Shown here in pieces: positions 26,765 to 40,410 of a stretch of DNA of 61,780 bases. The stretch spans positions 152,324,104 through 152,385,883 of the forward strand of contig NC_068981.1 of NCBI RefSeq assembly GCF_001194135.2, given 5' to 3'. The notes beneath the pieces are model-generated. The model ran no database searches. It was given only the letters and a program-made list of their open reading frames with translations, and was not told where the DNA came from. The translations under genes were made by a program, and so were the position numbers. This DNA comes from Octopus bimaculoides (Eukaryota). Position 1 is the first letter of the stretch. Each line of letters begins with the position of its first letter.

Positions 26765-27641
26765 CAGGGTGCAGTGAATAAATTGTTGTCTAAATTACAC
26801 AAAAATGAAAATAACACTGACATTTCATTTTAACAGATATTTTTACTAAAATTCCATGAAAATATCTAGAAATACTAAGTAGTAAATTTATTCAATAAAA
26901 TCGTGAATGGCTTCAGCCACGGTCTTCAGATGACTTTGGAATCTCCTGCAACTCTTCTGAATGGTCTTCTTGTTTAAGTTGGTGAATGCTGTCATAATCC
27001 TTGCCTTCAGTTCATCCTTGATGTTACAAGGGGTTTTGTTGGTCTTTTGCTCACTACACCCCACACATAGTAATCAAGGGGATTACAGTCTGGGGAGTTA
27101 GGTGGCCAGGGGTGATGTGGTTGCAGAAATTGTTTGACAGCCATGACTGGGTTCTGCTTGTGTGGCATGGTGCAGAGTCCTGTTGCCAGACATAAGGTCT
27201 TCCAGCAGCCACCCTCTTCACTAAGGGCAGCGCTACCTCCTCCAGGCATTTGATGTAGGCCTCCGTTTTAAGTCTGAGGCCATGTGGGAAGATGAATGGA
27301 GACAACGTCACCATCACTAGTGATCACTCCAAACACCATGATGTTGATTGGGTATTTGATTTTTATCACTCTCAGTATATGTTTTCGGGACACAGCAAGC
27401 CAATAGATTGACACCCAAACACTCTGAAATGTTCTTATTGGAGCTTCCAGCACGAATGCCAAGCATTACAGCATGTCATTTCCAAATTTGTGGCAGAGTG
27501 AATTGTGTCATGGAGCTGATTTTCTCATAGACAGTGCCTAACTGACCCTACTATACTATGTAGTCGATAAAATCAAAATGAACAATGCACATGCATGAAA
27601 TTAAAAATATAAAATGGTGACAATTTAGCCATCACACCTGG
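26765..27641 (-). mobile_element. Tc1/mariner relic, DD37D (maT-like) transposase
   Basis: VWQQDSAPCHT..WPPNSPDCNPLDYYVWG across a frameshift; TA-flanked imperfect termini cagggtg../..cacctgg. Confidence 0.85.
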
Positions 27642-27875
27642 TATGTTCTTTTATTCCCTTATTCTTTTATTTGTTTCAGTTATTTGACTGCAGCCATGCT
27701 GCAGCACCGCCTTTAGCTGAACAAATCGACTCCAGGAGTTATTTGTAAGCCTAGTACTTATTCTATTGGTTTCTTTTGCTGTACCACTAAGTTACAGGGA
27801 TGTAAACACACCAACATCGGTTGTCAAACAATTGTAGAGGTACAAACACAGACACACAAACATATACACACATAT

Positions 27876-27952
<77 letters not shown>

Positions 27953-28098
27953 GGGCTTCTTTCAATTTCCATCTATCAAATCCACTCACAAGGCCGAGGC
28001 TATAGTAGAAGGCACTTGCCCAAGGTGCCATGCAGTGGGACTGAACCCAGAACCATGTGGTTGGGAAGCAAGCTACTTACCACACACCCATTCCTGCA

Positions 28099-28138
<40 letters not shown>

Positions 28139-28501
28139 ATATATATATACACACATAATATATATATATACATATACAATATGTATATATATATATCATC
28201 ATTTAACATCCATCTTCCTTGCATGCTTGGGTAGGACAGATGACAAGATTTGGCTAGGTAGAAAAACTACCCTAGGCTACTGTTACTGTTTTGACAGGGT
28301 TTTTGAGGAGAGGAACTTGTGTCAGAGGATGAAAGGTTAGAGTCTGACAAAGAGACAGAAAGACAGAAACAGGTGTCTTGACACAATAGAGGAGGCATTA
28401 GAAGAGGTGATCCAGTATCAAATGATGAAAGGATAGAGTGTAACAGAGAAATAGAGAGGCAGAAATAGGTGTGTAGCTATAGAGGAGGTACATGGTTACC
28501 C

Positions 28502-28553
<52 letters not shown>

Positions 28554-29082
28554 GAGATTGAGAGTGAAAGAGAGGTACAAGAAAGGAACCAGAAACAAGT
28601 GTACTGATGTAAAGGATATATTTGGTTACCTAGTCACAGGAAAAACAAGAGGAGAAAGTGACCAAAGGAAGAGAGAGAGAGTAGGAAACAGCAAACAGTA
28701 GATGAGAGACATGTAGTGCTGAGTGCAGAGCCTGGTTAGAAAAATAGGGTTGGGTGTTGGAGGTGTGGGGAGCAACAATACAGTAAGCAGGGCAGTGAAG
28801 GCAAGAAAGGGAATGGGAAAACAATCATGTTTTATGAAGAGGAAATGTGAGGAAGAGAAAGATGCAGTTAGAAGAGGAGTTGTAGTTCAATTTCATTGGA
28901 TAGAGTGGGTGACAAGTGTGCTGTTACATGTGGGTTAATAAATAAAGCAACTAAACATTCTGCCCGAGAGCAAATAAACAACAACTAATTAAATCTACAT
29001 TTTAAAATTATTTTGCAGTATTTTATAATATTAATACATTTTCTCTTTAAAAATATTTGAAATAAATCAATTTTTCATATAC

Positions 29083-29349
29083 CGTTTACTTTCAGTTTTG
29101 CTTTGGTTGAAACACCATCCACAACACAAGAGTATTCACCAGAATCTTCTGTATTAACATGTTTTATTATAAGTCTTTGAAGTCTCCCATCAGTTGTTGT
29201 TTCAATTCTATTGGTTTCCTTCAAGGGCTCACCATTTTTCAGCCAAGTAGCTAAAACATTGTCTTGAACAGTGACACATGTAAGAATGGCCATTTGTTTC
29301 TCATCTATTGCTAGATTTGTCAACTTTTGTGAAAAACCAGTGGTTATTG
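29083..29349 (-). CDS. Single I-set Ig exon (array copy 5)
   Basis: ttttgcag|CA..AACG|gtatat; 267 nt; TTGFSQKLTNLAIDEKQMAILTC..DSGEYSC..LKVNG. Confidence 0.95.
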
Positions 29350-31004
29350 CTGCAAAATTTATATGGTATATAGTTAATATTTTGTACTTCAATGCATAAA
29401 TGTATACATAGTAAACAAAATTTAAGAAAACTTAACAGGTTTATATCCTAGAAAACAGTATATTTTGAAATGGATACACTCCCATGAAAACAGGAAGAAC
29501 ATCTAAATGGATAATATGATTTTCTTTCATTAATTTCTTTGTGGTAGCACCTGTGTTTAAAGAAAATTAACAACTGTAATTATAAAATAACAGATGTTAA
29601 TTTTATTATTATCATCATGGTTAAATATCCACTTTTTCCTACAGTTATAAAGCTGAAGATATTTATGTGTTGCTAACTTTCTATGGTGTGTTCTGACAAC
29701 AATATCATTAAGCTTTTTTTGAATATCATTATTAGATTAAGTTTGCCCATATACCATTTTCAGTGTTATATCTACACTTTTCAAATATACTGCATATGGC
29801 CATTTCTAAGTTATCACTTGTGAATGCAGTCACTAACACATTAGTTTTGATAATGTGCCTTTAATTCAAAATTCTGTTTCTGTATTACATATTTTGCATA
29901 AACTGATACTGACACAAGTATGGCCCCATAGTTTAGAAGCTTATTTCCCAATTATGTGGCTCCAGTTCAGTCGCACTGCACAACATCTTGGATGGTGACA
30001 AGAAGGGCATCTGGCTGTAGAAAACCCTCCTCAACAAATTCTGTCTAACCCATGAAAAATTGAATGTTAAAATGATGTTAATGATCCAAAAATGAAAACT
30101 AGAATAGCTGCATATCAAAACTTGATACACTTAGGTGAAACAATAGATTTTAAAAAGAAGCACTGATTGATTTATAGCTTCAGCTATATATTCTTCAATA
30201 AATATACCACAAACCTTGACCTAAGTTTCATCACACTAAATTTTAATATCACCAAAAGCGCTTGCAAATCTACAGGATGTGGAAAATTGTTTTCATTTTT
30301 ACTGATATAAAGTTACCTCTAATCTCCCAGGTACTCACAGTCATTTGGTGAAGTATTATTCAGTAACCTAGAACAAATATAAGTTGGTCCGTTCACCTTA
30401 ACAGTATAAGGCAACAGTATTGCTTTGACTAACTTTAGGATAAGAGTCATTAATTTTAGTCTCCTATAATTTCTTTTGTCGTACAGCATTTCTCATAGAG
30501 GAAGTGTAGATCTCTCTAAATGAGTAAGAATTGTAAGGAGGGCTGGGACAGACAAATTACTATGTTTACTAAAATTAAAATAGCTTAAAATTTTTTAGCA
30601 TGTCCAGCACTATAGGAAAAAAGAAACATTCTATGGATACTAACTCTGTTTTGTCTACTCATTAATAAAAAGGAGGTGAACCCAAAAAAGTATACTATTT
30701 TTGTAGGAGGGCCGGGTATTAACCATTTACAGAACTACTGGTTATAAAACAACAGGAATGCCATTATAGAAGTTAATAATAAGCTTGCTGTGTCAATCAT
30801 CTAGAGCAGAATTTTATATATATTATATTCAGCTTAAACAAATATGGTAATGGATTTCTCTATTTGTTGTTTTTAAGGGTTAGATTATTGAGAAACACTG
30901 AAAACTGGTGTTTTAGCTTAAATGTAAATTTCACTACTTTTACTGACATAAAGTTAATAATTTTACTAATATGAAAATACTTTTTAAAAACAATGTCAGC
31001 ATAC

Positions 31005-31271
31005 CATTTACTTTCAAGTTTGCTTTAGTGGAAATATCATCCACAGTGCAAGAATACTCTCCAGTATCATCAGCAGTAGTATGTTTTATTATAAGTTTAT
31101 GGAGTCTTCTATCAGTTGTCATCTCAGTTCTATCAGTTTCCTTTAACTTTTTGCCATTTTTCATCCAGGTAACCATGACATCACCCTGAACAGAGACACA
31201 TGTAAAAATAGCCATCTGTCTCTCATCCACTGTGACACTTGTCAATTTTTGTGAAAATCCCGTGGTCAGTT
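31005..31271 (-). CDS. Single I-set Ig exon (array copy 4)
   Basis: atttcag|AA..AATG|gtatgc; 267 nt; TTGFSQKLTSVTVDERQMAIFTC..DTGEYSC..LKVNG. Confidence 0.95.
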
Positions 31272-33072
31272 CTGAAATATAATACAATTATTATTCCAGT
31301 GAAAAACAATATAATTGCTCTAAAATCAAAAAGTGTTCTTCAATGTATTTATGTTTATGTGTACTACGATAGATAACTATATAAATATAGTTAAGAGATT
31401 GTAAATTATATACTTCTTAATAAACTAATACAGAATTCCTATTAGTTTTTTGTTGCACAACAATGGATTCTACTGATCATGAAAAATTCTTTTATGATTA
31501 GATGCTACTTATGGTATTAATTACTGCTTCTAATTAACAGGCCAGCAATTTTCGGGGAAGTGGGTTAGTTGATACCATCAACTCCAGTAGTCAGTTTCAG
31601 AGTTGATGAAAGACAAAGTTGACCTCAGCAAGATACAGATTGAGGAAATAAAGAGTCATAACTAAATACTGCTAAGCATTTTGTTCAATGCTTTAATGAT
31701 TCCACCAATTCATCATCCTTGATACAGATATGAACAATTATAACAGTAGTTATTATTGTTAATTTATAGAGTAATAATAATAGTATAATAATAGTTTGCA
31801 AGCACATGGTATACATTTAATGAACTCAGCATGTGATGTTGTTTCAAATTATAGTTGGAGCCTTTTCTTTCGACTTATGCCAATTTTACTGGGAAATGAA
31901 TAAACACCCTAATATGCTATTCCTTCTTACAAACATAAAACTTGTGCCAAATTAGAAGAAATTACAACCAACAGAATTCTTGAAGGTTAGCAAAGAGAAG
32001 AAATGTTATGTTCTTGATATTCTTATATATAATATTAGCAGTATAAAATATTTCCAGTTATTAGCTAATTACTTTGTGGAATGAGACATTTGATGTAGCA
32101 CTAACTACTTGGCCAACAGGTAAAGAAATGCAAATGTCTGGCAACATTCCTGATACCAAGCACCTAATGTTAGTCTTTGCTTGACCAAGGACAACAGTTG
32201 TTTTAAAGAGATGAACTATGGAAAGATATGCCTAACAAACAGTGACCACAACCAATCCCTTTCTAAGAATTCTGCAAATCCCATATCCTCAGTACTTGTC
32301 TGAGAACCATTTGCCATGGCTTCCCAAGCCACTGTATAGAGGGTTTGGACAGTTAATGAGCCTTTTAACCAGTCAAAACATCCTTTCCACAGGAAGTGAA
32401 AAATCAACAATCTCAATTTAGCCATATGAATACTGGTGAAATCAAATTGGTTCAAAAACTTATTTCAGTATGGTACTTTTTTTATTGATCTCTATTATTG
32501 AATTCTTAAGTCATTTTTTTTTCCAATATATTCATATCTCAAAGAACAAGAAATTCACATACTAATTAAGTAATTAAGAGAGACTCCCTTGTTTCAAAAT
32601 GACAAATATAGAAACTTATGGGACCATTATTTAAAAATGCAACTTTAGATGTGCCAGCTTGGGAGCATCTAGCTGGCTAATGCTTGTCCTGCTAAAAATA
32701 GTAACCAAATTTTTCTCATATTACACTTCACCATCTTCAAAATAAAAGTATACACCATATAATATAGTCGTACATTGAGCATGTATGAAAAGATATGATG
32801 ATCATAGTCAAAATGCTTACTTTGTCAGAAGTAACCTTGGTTAAACAGCAACAATAAGACTACATCGTTTTCTAGTGTCATGAATGAAAATAACATTTCA
32901 ACTGTCATGATTTCCCTTCAGGGGAAAAAAAGAAGAGAGGGAGAGAGAGAGTGCGAGTGTGTGTGTGTGTGTGTGTGTGCACGTGCATACTCATGTGCTC
33001 ATATGTGTATGCATGCATATGTGCTCATGTGAGTGTGCATGTGTACACATGCATATACTCATGTGTGTGCAT

Positions 33073-33129
<57 letters not shown>

Positions 33130-33232
33130 CATTCAATTTGCTTAAAGAAATATTGCTGGATAAGATAAATGATACATTTTTCAAACTCAGATGCTATACA
33201 ATGATATATGAATTATATTTAAGGTTAATTAC

Positions 33233-33499
33233 CATTCACTTTCAAGTTTGCTGTAGTAGAAATACCATCTACAACACAAGAGTATTCTGCAGTATCTTCT
33301 GCATTAGCATGTTTTATTATAAGTTTGTGAAGTCTTCTATCAGTGGTTGTTTCAACTCTTTCGGTTTCCTTCAAGTTCTCACCATTTTTCAGCCAAGTTA
33401 CTAAAACGTTATCTTGAACAGTAACACATGTAAAAATAGCTATCTGTTTTTCTTCTACAGTAAGACTTTTCAACTTTTGCGAAAAGCCAGAAGTTTGTT
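33233..33499 (-). CDS. Single I-set Ig exon (array copy 3)
   Basis: attacag|AA..AATG|gtaatt; 267 nt; SGFSQKLKSLTVEEKQIAIFTC..DTAEYSC..LKVNG. Confidence 0.95.
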
Positions 33500-34686
33500 C
33501 TGTAATATATATGAAATCAATAAATTTATATGAATCACAATATATATATATACTAGACAAAATTTTACAATTGAAGAAAAAAAAATAAATGTGAAAGTAG
33601 ATACAAGTTTTAATGATGAACCAGGAAGGTTTATCAATAGCCATGATTCTTGTTCAACACAGAAGTAGCTAGGTTATTGAACTACCTGTTAATTAATCCT
33701 AATATATTTTGCCCAACCAGTGAATTCAACCTTACTATGGTTATTTTTGATGTTAAAAGCAATGAAAATTATACTTCTTTGCTAAAGAGTCTTCTATATG
33801 GACAAAACGTAACCTATTCAACAGCTGTCACATTATCAATTTCTTCATCAGTAACAACTTTTAACATAGCACTTAAACACATTGAAAATTCAAGGATGAT
33901 TTTCACTATTATGCCATACACAGTATCTTTTTCTAAATCACATATTCTTTATGTCACCAAAAAATCATTAAGATTTGATTTCCCTTCATTATTGGTCTAC
34001 ATTGACAAAACTCTATCATATCTAGGATTTGTAAACTTATATGATCCCTAATGTCACTGACTGCCTTCAGAAAAGAAATATTTGTCAGCAAACTCTTTTA
34101 CTTTTTCATAATCAGACTCCAGATCTTCACCTATTTTATGCTGTATTTTCCTTCATTACTACAACAGATCCAGTTCCTTTGAAACTAATATTACTGCCAT
34201 TCACTCAAAAATGTTCTTATACTATTGATACTGAAAAACTTTCTCTAACATTACAAAGTGTTCTTTTCTTTCCAAAATCATAGCATTGAAACCCCCTTTA
34301 TATTTCATGTTTCTTTAGTTTTACACTTTCATCAAGCATATTTCATGCACATTATGTTCAAAATAATACAGACTATAAAGTATAAATTGCTTAGTGTTCA
34401 GAAAGGCTTTCGAAAGCTGGCTTAATAAAATATGAAAACAGTTCTCAAGTATGTTATGTGTTATGTATGAGAATATATCATTCTCTGTATCAAAGTTATT
34501 AACAGGATAATCTAACTATAAAATTTTAGTAAAAATTAAGGGAAAATATATGTCACTTTGATACTTTTCAGCTGTATTCCATAAAAAAATTAATGTATAA
34601 TATATCTGCAGGAAAAGGAACAATGATGTGTTTATTCTATGAACCATTTAACATATTAAGAACCTAATAAATGTATGTTCACTCAC

Positions 34687-34953
34687 CATTTACTTTCAAT
34701 TTTGCTGAAGTTGAGATGTCATCAATAACACAGGTGTATTCACCCTCATCTTCAGCAGAAACATGTTTTATAATAAGTTTATGAAGTCTTTTATCTGTTG
34801 TTGCTTCAACTCTTTCTGTTTCTTTGATCTTTTTGCCATTTTTAAGCCATGTAACAGTGACATTTTCTTGTATGCTTACGCACATGAAAATGGCAGTTTG
34901 TTTCTCATCCACTGTGAGACTTGTCAATTTTTTCGAAAAGCCTGTGTTTATTT
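34687..34953 (-). CDS. Single I-set Ig exon (array copy 2)
   Basis: gttttag|AA..AATG|gtgagt; 267 nt; TGFSKKLTSLTVDEKQTAIFMC..DEGEYTC..LKVNG. Confidence 0.95.
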
Positions 34954-35418
34954 CTAAAACAAAAAAGAAGCTCTCGTAAAAAAATATTCTTTATTAATAA
35001 ACTATCAAAAAACATGTATAAACGTGAACAGGGTATGTTCATATAGAACAACCAAGGATTTTAATCCAACTCAAGACATTTTTTATCAATCACAAAGTAC
35101 AAATTTAATAACAATACAATTTACTTTTCACTACACATATGCTCATTTACAAACACACACACACACACATGTTTATGCACATGCCAGTTGTAGACCTTTT
35201 ATGCAACAGAACTAAAATCTATGAAGCTTAATGCTACCTAGATAAGGAAGGTAAGTTCATGATACTAATTCAATATTATTAATATAACTGAAATGGAAAA
35301 TTTAAATTTCTCAAAGCTCATCTCTGCTCCCTTGTCATACACATTAACATTACTTATATCATTAACATTACTGTTATCTAAGATCTGGTGGAGAATGCTT
35401 ATAAAAAGGGTAACTTAC

Positions 35419-35685
35419 CATTTACTTTTAAGTTTGCTTTAGTTGAGGCTTTCTCGATAACACAGGTGTAGTCACCCCTATCTTCAGCAGTAACATTTTT
35501 GATGATAAGTTTATGGAGTTTTCTGTCAATTATTATTTCTGTTCTGTCAGTTTCGATGATCTTCTTGCCATCTTTCAGCCAAGTAACAGAAGGATATTCC
35601 TCTGCACTTATGCATGTAAAAATGGCCATTTGCTTCTCATCTACTGTCACATCTGATAGTTCTTCCAAAAAGTAAGCACCAATAT
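35419..35685 (-). CDS. Single I-set Ig exon (duplicated array copy 1)
   Basis: aatttag|AT..AATG|gtaagt; 267 nt; DIGAYFLEELSDVTVDEKQMAIFTC..TWLKDG..DRGDYTC..LKVNG. Confidence 0.95.
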
Positions 35686-37015
35686 CTAAATTTCAAAAAC
35701 ATATAAAAATCATGAAACCAAAGAAATGTAAAAGAACATAAAATATTTCAAATCAAGCAAACTATAAAAGCTCTCGTCATCAAATTTTATATTATAATCC
35801 TATGATCATAAAATGTTAATAACCACCATCATCTCTATGATCATCAAAATCATTTTATATATCATCATCATTTAATGTCTATTTTCCATGATGGTATGGA
35901 TTGGATGGTTTGGCAAGGTTTCTACAGCTGGATGCTCTTTCTCATGCCAACCACTTTACAGTGTGTACTAGGTGCTGTTTTTTTTCCACCAGTACTAGTG
36001 AAGTTGCTAAGTAAGTTGCAAAACAGAAAATGAACAAGGATAAACTCCCATGACTAAGTGGGGGAAGTAGTCGAGAGGTGGGAGGTGGCTTTATGTCAGA
36101 TATTGAAAGGCTAAAGTATGACAGAGAGAGGGACGAACAAAAGAGTCTTGCAACTGAGGAGATACATGGCTACTCCACATTATGTAAAGGTGGGTGGGAG
36201 TAACTGGTAGGAAGTTTAAGCTAGCAGTGAAAGGTTATCCTAAAAGAATAAAAGTACTTATAAAGATAGAATACCTAATTCATTTATTTAAAACAATTTT
36301 TTTTTTAAGAATTATGTCTAAGGTTTTTTTTTTTTTTTTACATATCTGAGGAAAGTTCTCTCAAAATAGAAGTCAGCTTGATAAGTAAGTCTGATAAAAT
36401 TAATATGGCAATTGAAAATTTGGTTGTTTGTATATCACAAGAATACTCAAAAGAATGAATGTTTATGTAAAGTTTAAGTAAAACAATATTGTACATTGAG
36501 AAGAACTGTAAATGTGATTCAGATTACTCTTTTCTTTATATTTTGCTATTTACACTTTGGCCTGATGACATTAAAACTGAGACTTGTGAAATTTTAGGCA
36601 GTTTTTGAAAAAGTCAAGAAATAAATATATATCATTTCCAAATACATCAATTTTCATAAATCATTCATCTGAGATGGTTTATAAATAACAATGACTTTAG
36701 ATCTACAAAGTGTGATTTATAATCTGAATTGTTGCTGAAATGAGGAATGAGTGTAGGTAAGAATTTCAAGAAATGCAATTCTGGATAGGAGAGCTTAGGT
36801 AAAAAATTTAATACTTGTTCAGATAGGTCAGATATTGCTGGTAAAGAGATGAAATATATTGTGAAAGTGCATTGAAACAAGTTTAAATATGAGTATTATG
36901 GAAGTAAAAGTTCTAAGACACAGATATTCTGGTATCAATAAGTAAGACAAAGAAGGTGTATCTTGTTAAGTGTCATGTTTGAAGAATAATAGTTCAAGAG
37001 AAATCAAACACTTAC

Positions 37016-37213
37016 CTCCAACTTCAAATTCAAAATCAGTTGAAGTTGTACCATATTGGTTTTCTGCAATACAAGTATATTTCCCCATATGTTGATCAGA
37101 AGCATTTGTAAATTTCAAAATATGTCTTCCTTGTGCTTCATATATTATGATATCTTCTCTGTTTGTAAGTATTTCCTCATTTTTCATCCATTTAATGTGA
37201 GGTTTGGGGTTAC
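37016..37213 (-). CDS. Exon D: C-half of an Ig domain (GNPKPHIKWMKNE..HMGKYTCIAENQYG)
   Basis: ttaatag|GT acceptor, GGAG|gtaagt donor; 198 nt, phase 1-1. Confidence 0.93.
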
Positions 37214-37926
37214 CTATTAAGAAATGTTAATGCAAAATAAATGTGAACCTTACAAAAATATGAACTTATATGTATATTTTAGTTTTATTTCTTGTGAAGT
37301 TAAAAAAAATCATTTAAAAATAATTTTTAGTTTTTTTTAAAAATAATTTTTAGTTTTTAATGAAGATGTTTTAATAATATTACATTAAAAGTAATTTCCA
37401 GGTTATTAAGCTCATCATTGTTTTTCTTAATAGTTTATCTAAACATTTCAGACATATGATTTAATAAATGATTCATATTTTATGTTCATTTTGTCTATAG
37501 CAAAATGTTTTTAACCCTTTAGCACTGAATTAATATGCACTGAATTAATCACGCATTGTTTCGAAGAAACTATTGTTTATTTTTAGAAAGACATTGAAGA
37601 GTAAGTGTGAGAGGCCAAATCTGGCCAGTTTGAACATAAAACAGATAGAATATTTAAACCTGACATGACCAGTTTAAATGCTAAAGGTTAACACTGAAAT
37701 TATTCTAGAATAAATCATAATTAAGGATAGTAATGCAAATGTAAAAATAATATTCTAGATTGAAAGACATTAATTAAAAGTTATCACTATTTTTTTTTTT
37801 TTTTGTTCAAAGTAAACTACCAACCATTTTACATAATAAAACCTTATGTCCTTGTATATTTTCTAAGAACAGACATAAAAGAAATTAAAAAGTTATAAAA
37901 GTTGAAATATATTCATTTATTCTTAC

Positions 37927-38015
37927 CAGACACTGCACAGGAAAATATACATGATTTGGATGTTTTAACCTTCTGAGAAATAGGTTCTTCAAGGAACTTT
38001 GGTTTTTCTTTTAAA
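37927..38015 (-). CDS. Exon C: N-half of an Ig domain (LKEKPKFLEEPISQKVKTSKSCIFSCAVSG); not in the ORF track
   Basis: tttttgccag|T acceptor, TCTG|gtaaga donor; 89 nt, phase 2-1, which bridges exons B and D exactly. Confidence 0.9.
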
Positions 38016-38199
38016 CTGGCAAAAAAATATGTAACAGATAAAATTTAAATTCTTGTCATTTAATTTCATTTATAATATTGACTTTTCATTAATAATAATA
38101 ACAGTCTTTAGATCCAATTTCATTGACATGTGGCAATTTCTTCTACTTTTGCTTTCAGCATGTATACTATATACATACATATATATATATATACATATA

Positions 38200-39000
38200 T
38201 TAGGTTGTTTTACATGAAATGTTGTATTTGAAAGGTAACAATAAAATGTTTCAGAAGCATTAGGGAACTGATTTATTTACTCAAAGTATGATCCATGTTC
38301 ATTTATGATGTTTACCCAACGTTTCTCTATGTCATATATTCCATCTTTAAAAACAAAATTCATCGTTTGCTGTGATACACTGTCCGAATGCTTCAATTAC
38401 CTCTTCTCTATTTAAGAATGTTTTATTGCTTATGAAAAGCTCAAAATGCTTAAATAAGTGATAATCAGTAGGAGAGATATCAGGGGAACAAGGAGGATGT
38501 TGCAAAATCTCATAATTCAGGCTTTGCAACTTTTGGACCGTAGCTTGAGGACTGTGAGGACGTGCATTGTCATGGAACAAAATTAGGCCATCTCTGTTCA
38601 CTAGACTGGGTTGCTTCTTTTTCAAATTCTCATGCATACAATCAATTTCTTGGCGATATGATGTTGCTGTTACCATTTTTCTTTGTTGCAAGAATGAATA
38701 ACAAATAACTCCCTTTGCAGTCCACCATACAGTGACCACTAACTTTTTAGGATGCAATGGTGGTTAGGGTGGTGTTTAGGTGATTTTCCTGCATCTTAAT
38801 CACTGTCCTGTTCTCCTGCTGTTGTCAAAGAATATCCGTTTCTCATCACAAGTAATGATTTGATGCAAAAATGGTCTTTTTCCAGTTGGAAAAGCAATAA
38901 GAAGCACACTTTGAGCGTCTGCTTTTTTTTTTTTTTTTAATCTCATTCAGTTGATGTAGAACAAATCTATCCATTTTCTTAACTTTTCCAATTTTTTACA
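38200..39000 (-). mobile_element. mariner (DD34D) transposase pseudogene
   Basis: FLHQIITCDEKRIFFDN, VTVWW, FHDNARPH, PPCSPDISPTDYHLF; taggttg terminus at ~38200; upper boundary uncertain. Confidence 0.88.
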
Positions 39001-40069
39001 GGTATCCAAAAACAGTTTTCAAACCTTTGTTCTTGGATTTTGTTCAACCAAAGCATTTAATCCATTATGCTGAATAACTGATTTTGGCCTACCCCTTAGT
39101 TTATTTTAAGGCTATCATCTCCTGAATGAAAGTTCTGATGTCTGAACAGTTCTGATGTCTGAACAGTTCTGATGTCAACAAAACCATTATCAAAGGCCTG
39201 CTTGATATTCTGTAGAGCTTCTGTGGCAGAGTGACCCAGTTTGTACTCATACGAGAAAATCACTCAACATAGTTTGATTGTTATCATTTTCATAAGGTCT
39301 GTGGGTACGAATTTTGTATACCAAATTGATGGGAAAGAAAAAGAGTCAAAATTAAATGCAAGGTATACATAATTGAGATTTTAAATGACTGAAATAACAA
39401 GTGATTAAAAATGCAACATATATATTCATTTAGGTTGATTGTAATGGCTGGTCAGAGTGTGACCATTGGTTTCGCCCCTATAAAGTGCTTAGCTGTATAG
39501 GTGACTCATTCAAATGGCAGGAGGCACATAATTTCTCTACAACTGGAGCTAGGAAAACATCATGGTCAGTTAGTTTTGTAAACAAAAAAATACATCTGGA
39601 GGGTTTCAGGCAAGATGGGGTTATCCCCCTTACATCGGTTCCAACCATGATGGTTTACAAAGTTGGTGACGTGATTCTATTCTGCGAATGTGAAATTCTA
39701 AGCTTGCAACAGGAAACGTATCTGATGAAGACATTGCTGCCTACACTGCTACTCTAGTTGTCACCTCAGCCTCATATTTGGCAACCTCAGCTTCACATTG
39801 ACCCCCCCACACACACACACACACACACACCATCCTCCACTGGACAGTCACTGTACACCCTACATAAGCATCTTGCCTCCCCTCGTGGTTTAGGGGTGCT
39901 CACCTGCTCAGATGACTCCCGAGAGGTAGTTAATAGTTTCTCTTGTATAGTCGGCCTTATTAGCAGTGTGTATGGGTGCCCTGAAAGTTTACTTACCAGA
40001 GTAAGAATGTATAATACTCAGGGTGTTACAACCTCTGCTAGTTACAAAGGGCCTCTTCTTCAAAATGAA

Positions 40070-40410
40070 GAGCAGATAGTATGATACTTGTGTGCAAAGT
40101 ATTATGTTATGTAATAGTGAGATACAGGCGTTGAATGCAGAGTATTTGTGAAGAATAGAAAGAAATGAAGGAATTATGCTCTGCTGGATGGGTAATGTTT
40201 GTATACATGAATGATGAATGAGTTGAGACATGTGTAAAAGAATCAGACTGCATTGGCACAGTCTTGTGATGCAGGTGGAAGATGGCAGTTGCATGAAAAA
40301 GAGTTGAGCACTCAAAGTGGATGGTGCCTGTGGAAAAGAAAAACCTAGAAAGATATGAACTGAAGTGGTGAAAACCAATCTTAAGATGTTGCACTTCACA
40401 AGGAACTGTG
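40070..40410 (+). mobile_element. RTE-like LINE 3' end relic
   Basis: LYDTCVQSIML..MLCWM..RLHWHSLVMQ..LKVDG..KPRK..EVVKTNL; a similar short relic lies at 23885-23970 (-). Confidence 0.6.

Noticed and set aside
36548-36595. CTGATGA...GAAA hammerhead-like spacing
   Set aside because: Stems I and III cannot be formed and there is no NUH site
39135-39180. Short direct repeats (agttctgatgtctgaac x2.5) and the 66-bp array at 53075 considered as CRISPR-like
   Set aside because: No unique spacers, no cas genes, eukaryotic context
39705-39735. GAAAC-gtat-CTGATGA
   Set aside because: Core halves are too close to accommodate stems III and I
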